64,000 bases of DNA, taken from contig CM119382.1 in the NCBI GenBank assembly GCA_051294905.1, positions 14,570,001 to 14,634,000 of the forward strand. The letters run 5' to 3'. This document shows positions 20,515 through 35,500 of the stretch, piece after piece. A program made the position numbers and the translations under genes. Each line of letters starts with the position of its first letter. The stretch's first letter is position 1. The notes beneath the pieces are model-generated. The model was not told the origin of the DNA. It saw only the letters and a program-made list of their open reading frames with translations, and did no database searches. This DNA is from Botryllus schlosseri. Taxonomy: Eukaryota.

Positions 20515-23500
20515 CTGAAATGTAGAGGCAGGTGTTTTTTTTGTTGTGATTCAGAATAAAGCCCGGATTTGGGCTGAAATCTGGGCGTTGCCGTGTGTGC
20601 TCGGAGACATGTGGATTTAGTTTTTATCCAGTTCCAAGTATGAATCCGGGATTTATTCCGTATCTAGCTACAAGCACACCTGTGATAACATCTCGAATTT
20701 ATGCCAGACTTGCAGGACAGTTGAAAATTATTATTAGTGTACACTCGAATCCGGTAAAAATCTTCAAATGCAATTTTTTCTTATATCCAAATTTTGAGAG
20801 TTTTAGGAGCATTCCAGATATTGTTTAAAACATTTCGACAATATTAAAGGCATTGTTCCTTGGATCACTGTCGGACTAGAATATTTCGATATCGAATACT
20901 CTGCGAAATGATTGATTTTAATTGCACGTGCGATCTCCCTAGATTGATATACCCGTTAAGCCGGTGTTACCTGACTATGCAAGATTACGGGACATTGAAT
21001 GCTAAACACCGATCACAGACCCGTGTAACTGTCTGTACCTGTCACAGGTAGGCCTATTGATTAAACACCATAGAGATTAACAGTATTTCAATGAGCCGAG
21101 TTCCTTAATCAGACAATTCACAGTACCACTCCCAGTGGATAAGGGGTACCGGTATTGGTAATTGTGTTGCACTAAACGCAAGTTGGAATGGTTGGTAATG
21201 GTCCATGCCTGTGAAAATTATAGCTATGCCAATGGAAATCAATAATAACATGCAGCAGAACGAGTGTAATGACTAGCAATATTTGTTTGTGATTGTTTTT
21301 ATGGCTAACTTTGAAGTTTGACATCAGCTATCACCTTTGAGCATTAAATAACCCCATCTGTACAGAAAGCCTTGAAAGTGCCAAAGCATCAATCGGAGGT
21401 CGCTACTCAGTTTCAATCATGAATCTCTTTTTTGGTATGTCAAAACAGGCAAAACACACTCCGCACCAGGATAATCAATGGAACGTTTAACACATGACTA
21501 GCTTTTAATAACAAAAAATATCAGAAAATGTAAGGGACATTCACAATAATCTTTCATGCAAATTAGCAGGGTCAATCAAGTCAAACTTTAGAATTCTACG
21601 ACACCGAAAAGGCAGAGAAGTGTAGATAGATAGACAGCGTAATAGAGGTTCTACAGCTTACCTTAGATTTCGTCGATTCACTTGTACCTGTATTGATAAC
21701 GCAAGTTTACACACAACTTCATGCAAATATATGCAAGTATACTCATGAGCTATCTACGCTTCTGTTGATAGCGACAGTACAAGGCAAGGCGGTGTTTCAT
21801 ATATCCTAACTGATATTTCGAAGTCAATTCTAAATATTGGGTGTGAGACTGCAAAATCGTCTGGACTGTGAAAACCTACTGAAAAGTGAAAGCTAACAAT
21901 TCAGGCCAGATATGATATATGCAACGGATGATACATCCATACATGCAGGCTTGCTATGAATCGAAGTAAGAGCAGAGGACAGAGAAGCGATACCTCACCA
22001 ATAGAACATGCATTATTGCATATATTATATATTATCCGCTCAATGTTGACAGCGCTCGTCTCGAAATCTGCAAGCAGTTTGTCACGGACAAACACAATCT
22101 ATTGCCAGGGCCGGATAAATAAATGGGCATGGTTGCGACAGGACAGGCATCTGACGTCAGCTTATTCAAAATATCATCACTTTACCCTCTAAACGGGAAA
22201 AGCTGTATGACATACACACACCTCTGCATTTGCCAGACGCAAACAAATCACAGAGTACCCTGATTACTTGCCTATTGGGAGGCCACTGATGAGAAAAAAT
22301 GTTCCTGTAGTCACTGAAAACGGATCAAAACCAAAAACCGCAATTTTTGCTTGATATTTATATTATATATTTTGGTACCCATCATGAATGCTAGAATATA
22401 CATAAGCTCAGTCGAGTTGCGGAAGACTAAGAAGCAAAAAGCTTCAAAGAATCGTCGATGGTTGCGAGTCAGAGGGAAAAAACAACATAAGCCTTACACA
22501 CAAAGTGTCGACTACTTCAATATGAACTAAGGCATTACCATAACCTATGCTAACAATACAGATCATCCACAAATGTATCCCAAGATTCCCAACTACGATG
22601 AACATCGAACAAGCACATTGCGGTAAAATTACCAACAATAGCAAAAGGACAAATGGAATAAAAACAACAGTGTCCGAGTCCTTCATTCTACCTTGTAAAC
22701 TATATCTTTATTTCAAGAGTCTTGAGGATTGCTTAGCCGAGTAACATGAGATGTACAACTTACCAGCATCACCTGGCTTCCGACCCACGTTGTCCAGTAA
22801 AAATTCAATGCTTGGCACGACCTCCTGTTCCCTCTCGGCCTGGACCGGTAAATTGGGCAGTTCAAGGGCGGCGTCCACATTGTCCGAGAAAAACCAATCA
22901 CACTGAAAATCAAATGCTCATTCAGGGTTTGATACAAAGAAGCAATCTCGAAATCGCTATAAAGAAAACGTTCGTTACACAAAAACATAGACCTGCGCAT
23001 TCAAGATTGTTAGATGACAAAATAAAAATTGAACAAAAGCAAGTGGCGAATAACTCGGAAATTACAATGATCGACTAATCAGACAACACAGGTGTGGACG
23101 TAAAGTATGAAAAATACAGAAGTTGAATGAAAGCAAAATGCATTCTGCGTGATACAAAGCAAATAATATCTTCGTCCGTTCATGCTGGAGACAATACTCG
23201 GCACTTTGCATGCGAGCAATTACTTTTTTGGCGTATTCCCATTTCATAGTCTCTTGCTGCTTTTTTTCATCTTCCACCAGTGCGTTGTACCGGAGCACCG
23301 CACTCTTGCTTTATAATCTTTCGCAGTACGGTGCGTAATTGTGACCGACATCCCTACTAGGTATATGGCGCATTTCGTATTGAACACATTCATATTCGAC
23401 CAATAGTTCAGATGAAAATTGCAATTACCAAAGGCATGATATCCGCGGATTTGTAGGGACTGAAGTGACAAACGAAATTGCGAAATTGGATTTGATAGAA

Positions 23501-26500
23501 TTTTGAAAAAATTGAGGTGTGGCGAACAGGAAAAGAACCGTAATTCATTGTGTCTCGGCGTATAAGATGCGTACAACCCATAAATTTCAAGTTACTATCG
23601 AAGGTGTGACTAACAAAAGTGTGTCTTGTATGTTGTCTATTTATTATGGTTTGTGACACCTATTTCTAAATATCACTTTGGTTCCCAGAAATTGTGGCAA
23701 TCAAGCAAGCAGGTGGTAACAAATTATCAACGGTCCATATTCTAAAGTAGCGCGTCAGCCGCTGACCGATCTACTTCTTACTTCTATACCTTCACTAAAA
23801 ATCAAGCGCAGTTACCATCCCAGAAACACTACACAAAACGCATTGCAAAAACGTTTTTTTTTATTTTCATGAACTAGGTACGACGGAAAAGGCGACACTC
23901 GACCTTACAATAGGAACGATAGAACGAAAAATCTGTGAATAAAAAAGGGAAACAAATCACCAGTCTCAATAGAGTAGACGTAAATTACTTTATGGCAGAA
24001 AGTACACACAGTCGGAAAAGTATATATGCAATACACCAACACTGATCGCGAGGGCACCCAGCGCTGCTAGCCGGGAGCCGTGTCATACTTCAAATACAAA
24101 AGTCACAAATACTCGGAAGGAAAAAACGAAACAGATATCGAAGTAACGCACTCAGCAAGCAGAAAGCTCACTCTCTTAAATAGCGGCGTTAGGCCACTAA
24201 AATGACATCGGCGTGTATTATCCTTCGAATGCAACGTGACATGTGTACTCGCGGCGATACTGACGGCATTTTTATTTTGCGCGACACCGACACACGTCAG
24301 ACATGAAAACTTCGGACAAATGCCGGTATCTCTTCGTGTTCTCCGCCGAAAAAATCATCTGACTGTCGCCGTCGCAACAGGGAAAAGAAATTGACGATTA
24401 GAAATGATAGTCGATGAAACAGAAGACCAGGGTTGTAATTACGCGACTCGAGTCGCGATTTTTTGGTGACTCAACATCACTCGAGTGATTTTTTCAAATG
24501 CGTAAAATGACTCGACATATTAACTCGACTTGTACTTGTAATGCGAGCCATTCTATATCACTCGAGCAGAGTTGAAAAAAGTGACGTGAACCGGATTCAA
24601 CTGTATACTGAACAGTGATCATAATGATTTGGACTCGGACTCGAGTCAAAACACTATGACTTCGACTCGACCCTCTACTCACTGACTTGGACTTGATTCG
24701 GCGGTGAATTGAAAATTACTCGACTTGACTCGAGTCAAAACTATAAAAGTGATATTGACTTGTGATTTGGTTACAACCCTGCAGAAGACCCAACAAGCAG
24801 GTATCATGAGAAAAGCAACACGTCGGTAAAATTGCGTCTCTGTACCGATTACGAGTTTTCTTCCAATAAAAAGGGATAAAATGTTTTAGTCTTTACACCT
24901 ATAACAGGTGATATTCTATAATTTTCTGATTTGGAATAAGAAGTACAACAGCAAAAACTTAGTACCGGTACACTAAAAGATGAATCTAACTAATTGTAAA
25001 AACTACATCCATACATTTTCTGGCCAATTCATATCAGAAATGTTATTTCGACCGCTAGTTGCTACATGAAACAAGCAAGAAACAAATTTAAAACGCAGTC
25101 TTGTGACAGTTCCACAGCAACATAGGCTATATCATCACAACATCAAAATATACAAACCAAATTCAATCACAATAACTTGATTGCTACTGGATTAAAATAT
25201 TCCACCCCCAGTAAGATCAACCCTAAACCACTTTCCACCCGAAAGCAATGAGCTGACAATGTGACAATCTACTCGAGACGACAACACGTAGAAATATTTG
25301 TCACATACGATCTACACGAGTTTTTGAAGAAGGTTTGAACAGCATATTAGTGAACCGTCAGCAAGAAATTGCCACATATCATATATAAATCAACATGGCC
25401 AATAGCTTCCGGGCGAGAAACTAAGGTAGGCGATAGAAACCTGGAAACACTTGCAACACGAGTCACCACGCAAAAGGCAACCTGAAACCACGAACCTTAC
25501 AAAACTTACATGATCTATAATACTCTCGATGATTCTGCACTGATCCGACATGTCCGTCACCATGGTGGCTGTATTATCCCCGGCCGTGTAGTGCACCAGA
25601 GTAGGACCGAAAACAATGGCAAGATTGCGCACTTCCATCTGGAGATAGAAATTCGCCATTGAAACCGCTGACAAATGCAGGAACTGACGTAAGACTTGAC
25701 ACAATGTCCTCTTAAATCATAGAACCAATATCAAATATAATATATTACAAAATAACAGTATTGAACATAATTTATAGCTTGGATGGGTTACTATGTTAAA
25801 ATTCATGTTCTGAACTTGTGTCTACCAAGAGAATTTGACTTTGAGGTTGCTTTATTTTGTTTCACACAACACCCACAAAAGGCAATATACAATATACATG
25901 TTGTTACACTCGTTTTTTTGAAATTCCCCATTCTCTCTAACGATTGCTCAGTGCTGTCAGATCGCAGAGTTTACTGATTCCAACAATCGCTCGTGGCGTC
26001 TCATATATGGGTTGAAGGTAATAAAGGCAGGGTTGTAATGACTCGAGTCACGATTTTTGTGTATTGACTCGACCTCTACTCGAGCCATTGTGCATGACTC
26101 GAGACTAGGACGGGCAAGACCGACATTTCATTGTAACTTCGAATAGTAAAGTCACCACATTATTGGTATATCATCACTCAATCCAGAAACTTGGAAAATA
26201 GGGCCAGAAACTGTTAGGACCGAGGAAAATTACGATATTATGAATGAGAGCCATACAATGTCCCTCGAGCATAGTTGGAAAAGCAGACTGAACACAAAAC
26301 TGAACAGCGAACAAAATGACTTGGACTCAGACTCGAGTCACAACACCATGACTCGGACTTGACTCGGTGGTGAATTGAAAATGACTTGACTCGACTCGAG
26401 TAAAAACTATAAAAGTGAGATTGGCTTGTGACTCGGAACCTTGTGACTTGGTTACAATCCTGAATAAAGGAGTTTATCAACAATTTGTGAAATTATAAAT

Positions 26501-29500
26501 ATATCTGTCACACATCACAAACAATGCCCCCGTCACAATGCACCCTGATCAGAGGTGGTCACTGGTCAGGCACGAAGTTCTACCCTTTTTCGGAGTGCTA
26601 AAGTTGGTTTTGCCTACCTTCATTACTTACTCATGCGATTATGTTTGACTACTTCCACATGTACTTGACAGGTAACAGAGAAACTACTTTTTACACTTTG
26701 TAGATAATATATTTAAGATGTTTGCATCACTTTTATGAACGGGGTTGTCATGGCAACTGGTCAAAATAGGCCCTTTATCATAGTAACCTACTTTCGGTAG
26801 CAATTTCAACTTCCACGTGACATTAGTTTGACATGTATTGGTGATTAATAACTTGTAATTGAATAGGACTTTACACTGTTGCATCTTTACCTACTTGAGT
26901 ATCAATGTCGACTACTTTGACCACTTCAGGTCATGACAGATAAAAAGCGAAGCCAACTGGAAAAGCCTCGACTCCAAGGCCCCGGGTCGACCACACTCAC
27001 CTTGTTGAATTCGCAATGGTCGGCGACTAGCCGAAGGTGCAAGATTAGAAACTTCAAAGTCTCGTAATGCGGCCCGGGCAGCATGTGTACTAATTTCCGC
27101 AGACTGTTCAAACGGTCCTGGGGGTTAGGTTGCCGATTCGCTTTTATGAAGTCGTGATAGAGCTCTAAAAGTAAAAATAATAAGACAGTGGTTCTCGAAA
27201 TGTGACATGCGAGAGCTTTTTAGGCGTTTTTCAATTGTCTTTTTGCAAAATTGTTGCATTTTGCAGTAGCATAAAACATGATGTAAGAATTACTTCAGTT
27301 GTGCAACATTTATAAGTTGGTAGCAGATTCACTAAAGAGACAGTCGAGCAACCCATGACAAGGCTGCAACGGCCTAAATCACCACTATAGTAAGAACGAA
27401 GCAGGATAAATTTTAACTTAATAGAAACAAAAGTGTAATCCTGAATACATAAAGCATGGATTCATAGCAATCGAATACGGAGGATAATGTTGGCCATAGT
27501 GTGAAGTTTGTATGTGAACCCTTTTCAACGTGGCCATAAGGCCCAACTTGTTGGAACAGCTTATGCAGAACAGATACATCTACCAAATTCAACAGTGTTT
27601 CTTGCTATTGGCCGGTGTAATGGTGTAATATAAGTCAGTACAGTTGAGTAGAAGAAGTCATTCAGGAGCTAGGTGGCTTAGTAGAAAAGAAATGAGCGGT
27701 ATGCCATTGGAGAAAGTTTGAGAAACACTGTAATAAAAGATAGATAAGTAACTCACAGCAGTGGGTGCCAAATTCTGTGACTAATGCAGTATGCACAGCA
27801 TCGATTAACACGAGGAAGTTAACTTAACACTATGGACGACACCAAATAGGAAAATTACTCATCGGTACGAAATTGACTCAATTACATTGGATTTTAGAAC
27901 GTGACAATGCTCTCGCCCGCAAATTTGCATAAGCGATAAAAGCACTCCTCTATTGAAATTTCCAGACATCGCACAATGATCAGCAAAGCTTGCAGGATAT
28001 CAAAATCACATTACCACGATGGGCGCGACTATAGCAATCCAATTCCTAACATCACTACATCACGTCGGAATTGAAAGAGTTCAGTTGGATTTTGAAAATA
28101 CAAAATAAGTCAAACACCAGGCCAACGCTGACACATTTCAATGGTTTGGACAAAAATTGGAAATATCAACATGCAAGAAGCAATAACAAGAAATACCAAC
28201 TCTATTTTTGATCGAGACGGAACTCTACAGGACACATAGAAAGATAATTAATAATTAAGTTGTACCCATTATGGCTATTACACGGATAGAATTGGACTTT
28301 CAGCTGAATCGATTTTTAAGCATCAGAGTTGGCAAAAGCAGTGTAGGAGTGATGTTGAAAAATTCGCACGCAAGCAAGCTTCGCTTGTAAGTAGGTGGAT
28401 ATGAATCAGGCTACTTCAAGCAACAATGAAACAAAGCTTGATAGTAAAGGCTCAGAGTGGCAACGACTCATCAGTGTTCGAAAATAAGGTTTCTAAAAGT
28501 TTACAAACACAAAATCAAGTCAAATCTGGGGAAACTGATGCTTTTCGACGGTTTGGACAATAATCAAAATAACGCAAGACACAAAAACAAGCGACACGAA
28601 TCCTGTTTTCGAGGGAAAATGCGACAATAAAGCCTCACCGTTTGTGAATAACGGCTCCGGGAGCTTCCGGAAAAACGACTTCAGCAGCGACGACATAACG
28701 TTCAAATCTCGAAACCTCTCGTCCTCGGGCCGGACCGAGTCCACCCCGTGGTTGTTCAGGTCCTCTTGCAGCGCGGTCAGTGACGCGTTGTTGCCTGGTA
28801 CGCGGTATATCCCGGTGAATTCCAAGCCTCGCTCTTCCACAATGCGACAGCACAGCTCCACGATGAACGGGACAAACTGGGATAGGCGCGGAGGTCGAAA
28901 TAAGATTTTCATGACGGAAAAACTAGGGTTGTGTAGTCAGCTCACTTTACCACCCACCATAACATTTTCAATTTAACGACTCCAGAAACAATAAATAAAC
29001 CTCACTCCAGCTCCGACTCCTAATATTTTCAGCACTGAACTCCAGACTCCCCTGTAAATCTACCCGAAAAATTATACGTTTGGGAATGTCAGCCTATGTG
29101 AACAACTTGATAACTTCTGTAGCTGCAAGGACGCTTTTTAACAACACTTGAACTTCTTACTTGAAGTAAGCACAATTTAACAAATTACAACTCCAGCCAG
29201 TATACTTTTCCCCTACTCCCTACTCTAAAGGGTGTTACAAAATTTCTGTAACTCTACACGAATACACAGCCCTGGAAAAACTCAGCTCCTCACCTCGTTT
29301 GAAAGAGACGGCGGGCAGTCTTCCAGATGCACTCCGAAAGTGCCGTTTAACGCGAAAGTCTGGCCGGTGCCGAATTTTTTGACTATTTTGTTGACGCTGC
29401 CCCTCCATTTGAATCTGCGCGATCCGTCCACTGAAAACAATGCAACGTTTTCACACCGTGGAATCGCACTCTTTGACATCGCATAACCCAGATACAGGTA

Positions 29501-32500
29501 CTATCGAATCGGTCAGTTCAGTTGGCAAGAGCATACACTATCGAGTGTAAAGCAATCTGCTAAATTGAAATATCATACCTACAATAACTTTATCTTGTAT
29601 ATTAATTCACTAAAAGCTTTTCGAACGATCATCAGCAGTAGCAAAAGTCAATAATCCGGTGAATGAAGTTCGAAATGTAGGAAATGTTTTTTCTGTGTGA
29701 CCCATTACTATAAAAAACAAACAACTAGTGGACAGTGTGGTACGACACTGACTGTAAAAGTGTCAGCCGAGAATATTCGGGTTCATTTCAATATGAGTAT
29801 ACCAGTCCAGGGTTGTAATCACTCGACTCGAGTCACGATTCTCTAGCGACTCGAGTCATTACACATGACTCGAACCAAGTCATATGACTGGAGACTCATA
29901 TGGCCAAGACCGACATTTCATTGTAATTTCGAAGAATAGTAAAGTAACCGCACTATTGGGATTTCGTCTATTGGTACTGGTACTTGCAAATGCGACCAGA
30001 AACTGCTAAAAGTAAGGAAAATTAGTATATTTTAAATGCAAACCATTCGATATCACCAAACAGAGCTATAACAAGTGGGTTTAACAAGACTTCAACTGGA
30101 AACTGAGCAGTCAACAAAATGACTTGGACTCGGGCTCGAGTCATAATACAATGACACGGACTCGACACTCTGTTCGCTGACTTGGACTTGACTCGGCGGT
30201 GAATTGAAAATGACTAGACTTGGACTCGAGTCAAAACTATAAAAGTGAGATTGACTTGTGACTCGGAGCCTTGTGACTTGGTTACAACCATGGAATATAC
30301 TATTCAATTGTATATAAAAGTGTACTGTAGCCTACACGACGGCAATAGGTCAATTTGTATCCCATTTCCGACAAGTTATGACTGTTTGCATCTAAAATCT
30401 GCACCGTATCGACTATTTCACAGAGCTGGTTCTCCCGTTTGTGTCATTTTACATAACATAAATGACCAAATATCAGTTCCGACAATGAAGTCCAATTGAA
30501 AAAGAAAAACAATAACGTTACACACCGTCTTTCACTTGTAGGTTGTTTTTATGGCTCGGTTTGGGCGACCTTTTCCTCGCGCTCTTCTTGTCCGATTTGG
30601 GGCTGAAATAAAATCAGGTATATCAGAATAGAACCAACCCGAATTGGCTCGTTATTCGCAATGCGGTTGAAAACAAATGGCGATTACGTCACGAAATAAA
30701 TTTGACAAGCACACAATTTACGTGTCGCACCGAGCCCGCTCCAACCCATGAGCATTGTGCAATGTGCCGGGCCAGGCAGAATCGATTGTGTCGAGCAGTC
30801 ACACGAGATATGAATATGAGCATTACATCATTACTACAATGTGACGCGAGGACCGAAACTTATCACTGCTGCTATAACGTTTTCGGACTTTGCTCAACAG
30901 GAAGCGACAATGAGTCAAGCCTGTCCACAATTCCAGGTCTTTATTAGGCCGGTGATATTTCACTTCGAGACAGTGACTCACAGATATAAGCCTAAGGAAA
31001 CGTCCTCGTAACTACTAATTGCGGAATACGGCCGCAGAGATCAAAATCAAAAAATCCGCATAACGGCGTTCAATAACGTGGCGTTGCTTGCGTAGCTCAA
31101 GCTCTTTACAATCGATACCTCACAATGCGCAATTCACGTATAAATAGCCAGATCTTGGCACTTATAGTTAGGCGATTGATTCAGTGACGTCAGACCTTGT
31201 TCGTACAGTGCTGCGGTGCTTCATGTGCTTTACAATCAATCACATAGCGTGAAATAGATCTACGCATATACTCCCACAAGCTGATATAAGTCAGCATCAA
31301 GCACAGCCAATTTGGGATACATTTCAAGCGTAGAAATAGGTGTTATGAAAGATCAAATCGTTAAATGGAAAATATAAATAATATTCCTGTTGTAACGCAT
31401 ATAGTCTGCAGTAACCTCGGCAATCCGCATGTATCTTTCCCGACTACGTTTTTCAGGGCCAAGTACTCGACATGTTTGTTATATCACCAAATAAAAAGTA
31501 ATTTTTTCGCAAGATTTTCATCAGTGGCCGTTTGACAAAACAATCCATCAGTAACCTGTAAAGGAAAGTGATCATCACGCTTGACAAAGACAGCCGGCCA
31601 CAACCTCTGCAGACTGCAGTTTTTGACTTAATCGGAATAACATACGATAAATCCATCGAGGATTTCGAGAAGACCAGATACCAAAGAAGACACGTCGCGC
31701 TTTAACCAACCTTCCTTCTGTGAGATGTTCATACTGCGGCCCAGACAAGGCCGATTTACCGCGCATCTCCGGCGAATAACTGGCGTCTGACACGTCGCTA
31801 TCCTCAGCGACCAAATGGTCGCGAATAGGCGAATACGATTTTTTGGGCGAAGAATTGGAAGTATACAACGCCTTGATCGTACGCTGGATCCTCTCCGCCA
31901 TCCTGGTGCCTACACCTGGATTAGTCTCGATTTGGGGTTTTTCAGATTTTTTACGGAGTTCCGGCGATGCCGTTTGTAATCCGGTTAACACTTCCTCCTG
32001 CTGCACTATCTCTCTCAACTTAACGCTAGAATCGCCTGGGACCAATTCGTGAGATATCAACACTGGGCTCGAGATGGTAGTGTTGGCGTCTAACACAAAA
32101 CCCTGTCTTTTACGGCCGCCTTTGGGCGAACCGGTTGGTTTCGAACGTAACTTCACCCCTGAAAGCGGAGAACCATTGCTGGCAGGCACGGGCGGTTTGT
32201 CGATAACTATCGACGGGCTGGCTGACGGGATGCTAGTGCACGAGCTAGCGTTCTGGCGTTTTAACAACGGCGATGGCTTGGACGCTGTTGAATAATTGGC
32301 GCTGCTACTACTGGACTGTCTCCGCGAAAATAACGGGCTTTTTTTCTTTTTATTAACCTCCGCTTTTGTGTAGTCGTCGAAGTAAGTCGGATTGCTGTTG
32401 GAACGAAACGGCACTCGCTGGCTTTTGGCGTTCGCTTTTTTACTCTTTTTATCGTTTTTCGCGGCTTCCTTGGGGGATATTTCGGCTTTTTCCAGGCTAC

Positions 32501-35500
32501 CGTTACTGTTGCGCGATTCCTTTTCGGTGGGCTTTGAATCGTGAGCGCAATCGTACGCGGCGGGCGACGAGTGTCGCAGCGGCTGGTCCTTGTTCTTCGA
32601 GCGTAGAAAAGCGTTGCTGTAGTCGTGAAACGGCATCAACGACGATTTTTCCGGGTTTATTCGACGGTTTTTCGGGTCCAATTTGCGGCAGTCTACGTTA
32701 TCGCAACCATAAGTGGTACTATGTATTAGCGGAAGCTAAACCGACAACCTTGAAATGATACAGGCGTCAAACAAGTCCCCGAGTAGCCAAATTCCTCCGA
32801 TAAATCTGACATACTTTCTTTAAGTGTCTTGACGAAGTAAATTTTGATATCAAAGAAACCACAATAAAAAATGCGGTAAGGCAATGACACCTGCAACAAA
32901 CCTAGTAGAATATTCTTTGGGCCATCGCAAAAATACGGCTTTCTTGTTCATAATTATGGCTGGGCAATATTGATTCGGTTACGCTAATCCATATTGAGCA
33001 TTCAATTCTGGCGACTCGAGTCGAATGAACAACGTTCATGAGTACTAAAATTTAACGCCTTAACATTGTATTGAGACATACGATACTGAAATTTCCCACT
33101 ACCGGAGCCTTGAAACTTCGATACGAGTTAACATATTATTCAAGATATGTAGCACACGGCTAGCCATGTTCATGGAAGATACAGTTCTGTGTATAGTTGT
33201 AATCGAACTGCGGTGTTATCTCAGATTGCTGTGACATAGGCATACCATGACGAAAAATTAGAATCAGTTTACAATCGGATAATATATTCATATTGACATA
33301 AATTCGAATGTCTTTGGCCGACACTCATCAGGGATAATCGTCAGCAACTAGGACAGAATTGGAGAGAACATTGTAGATTGTAGGAACAGTTTATAATTAA
33401 GTAAATGTCGTTATTTTGTGTTCATGGTCGTATACAAAGCACATATTTGGATGCTGCAAGTTTGCCTTACAGTGATGACCACATAATAAGAGGTACTCGA
33501 ATACTTGACTCTGAAACGATTCACTCAGGCGCTCAGGTTACGGCCATTTTATGCATATTACGCATGATTACATAACTATATCTAGTGCACTGATGAAAAC
33601 AGCCAAGTAGCAGATACTTAAGGATTACTCAAGTAGATTAGTCACAGTCAATGAGTCACTTGGCCCCTGATTCACAAGTCTCCACTGAAAATGTTTTCAA
33701 ATCATCCTACAGGCTACCACCTTACAGTGTGGTCTCCAAGTCTCAAACTTGCAGAAGGCTTGCGGTGAAGCGAATCTGTCTCTCCCTGCCTGTATCAGAG
33801 TAGAGTTTTGGTATAATTTTACAGTTCTCTCAAAATAACCCCACCTGCCATTTCAAATTTAGATTTGAAGAGACCAAAGATAGATCTACCTTAAGCTAAC
33901 TAAGATTGTATATTGATATATCTCACAGTTGCAAATCATACGACTTACTTCAAACACTATCTATATCGTAATACCGATGCCTAGATTCTGATTACATTGA
34001 ACTCCTTGCTCAATCACGAAAACAGCCATAGCTTACAAAAAGGCATCTCAGCGCCTAGAGCCCTAGTGGATCAATCAATATTTTGAAGATTGAGCAATAT
34101 CAAGTTCATTTTTCTCTCGGCTCATAACGCTGTTACCAAAGTCATACCTCACACGCAAAGACAGGTTGACACGTTGATCTATTGCATGAATTTTTCACAT
34201 ACTTCCACAAAATGAAATCGATATCAACAGTTCTCAACAAATCTTTGAACAGATCCCATCATACTATGTTCTAATATGTGACTTGTGAACTAAATCCAAG
34301 TTTTAAAACCGGGGTAAGTTTCTTCAGACAAGACCACTAATTCAGAACATGCAGATCCGACAATTTAGCAGTGGAGATGTTTCAGACATTTTCAAAGTGC
34401 TGAAACATTGTGAACATTGCAACAGGTTATCTTAGACTACACCCGTCCATATATTTAAACGTGAATTTTGTATACAGTAGCCACACAACCAAATCTCTCG
34501 TAAACTGAGATGCCAAGAAAGGAATCGGACTGTGGATTACCAATTACAATCTGACTGACCGTGCATGCCATTACAAATAACTGACGCTATCTCTCAGCTT
34601 ACCGTTACCATCATTTGAAAACAAGTAATGCCTCGTTCAAATCTTTCATTTTGGAACCTTATCGAACGAAAACAACTGCGTTTCGATCAAGACAACACAA
34701 AGGGAGACAAAACATCAAAGCTACAAGTGTCTGCGATACAGTTCCTGCCATTCAACTGCTGACTTACATTCCTCGACAGAACACTTCCTTGCAGTGAGCG
34801 ACCCATGACAGGATGTGAATCTGCTAGTTGCAAGCGTTACTTGCGGCATAGCCTTCCTTTACAAGACAACTACAACAAACTCATCGAATCTCTAAATGTT
34901 GCTGTCCATCTAGGTATCAGCGCAACACAACTTCAACCGACATCAAACTTAGAATGTGCCGATTACTACATCGATTCGCGCAAAACTCTATACAGTCCCA
35001 CGCAATCACACTCGCTTGATTTTGCGTGCTCGACAGTATTACAGCAGGAAATGAGACACAGGAAGCGCTGTGACACCATCCCTACTGGCGCGATGATCGA
35101 TTCGACGCGTCTATTGAAAAGCGAGCGTGCTACCATCGACCAGACCCCTCGTTGAACGTCTGATCGAGTGAAATCACATAATGCGCAGGCAGGAAGCGTT
35201 CACGAATTTTTACGCAACGACCGAGAGTAACACTGCGGAAGATGCATTACGCGACGCACGGTCGTGTATTCGTGACAGCGAAAACACTAAAAGATGATGC
35301 GCGTCGAATCAGGACAACAGCTCGGCTGATATCGGTTCCCGTAGAAATATCGGCAGGCTATCGACCACCACCAATTATCTATTATTATCTATTTCTGTTT
35401 TATATGAGGGGCCTTCGGAACTGTTTGATTCAGCTACGAGAACTGAAGCAGTTAACTTCTCGTCGAAAACGCCATAACGTTGCGATTCCTGAACTACCGT

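Noticed and set aside
19243-20559. Plus-strand ORFs opposite the RhoGAP terminal exon
   Set aside because: Antisense shadows in GC-rich coding sequence.
23220-23310. Coding-looking segment ([24 protein letters not shown]) as an extra RhoGAP exon
   Set aside because: Entry phase does not fit, and the flanking exons 25510 and 22902 already join as a conserved phase-0 junction (IIDH|CDWFF).
28460-28485. Other CTGATGA hits (28470, 22286, 60827) as hammerheads
   Set aside because: No stem II-GAAA-stem III geometry follows.
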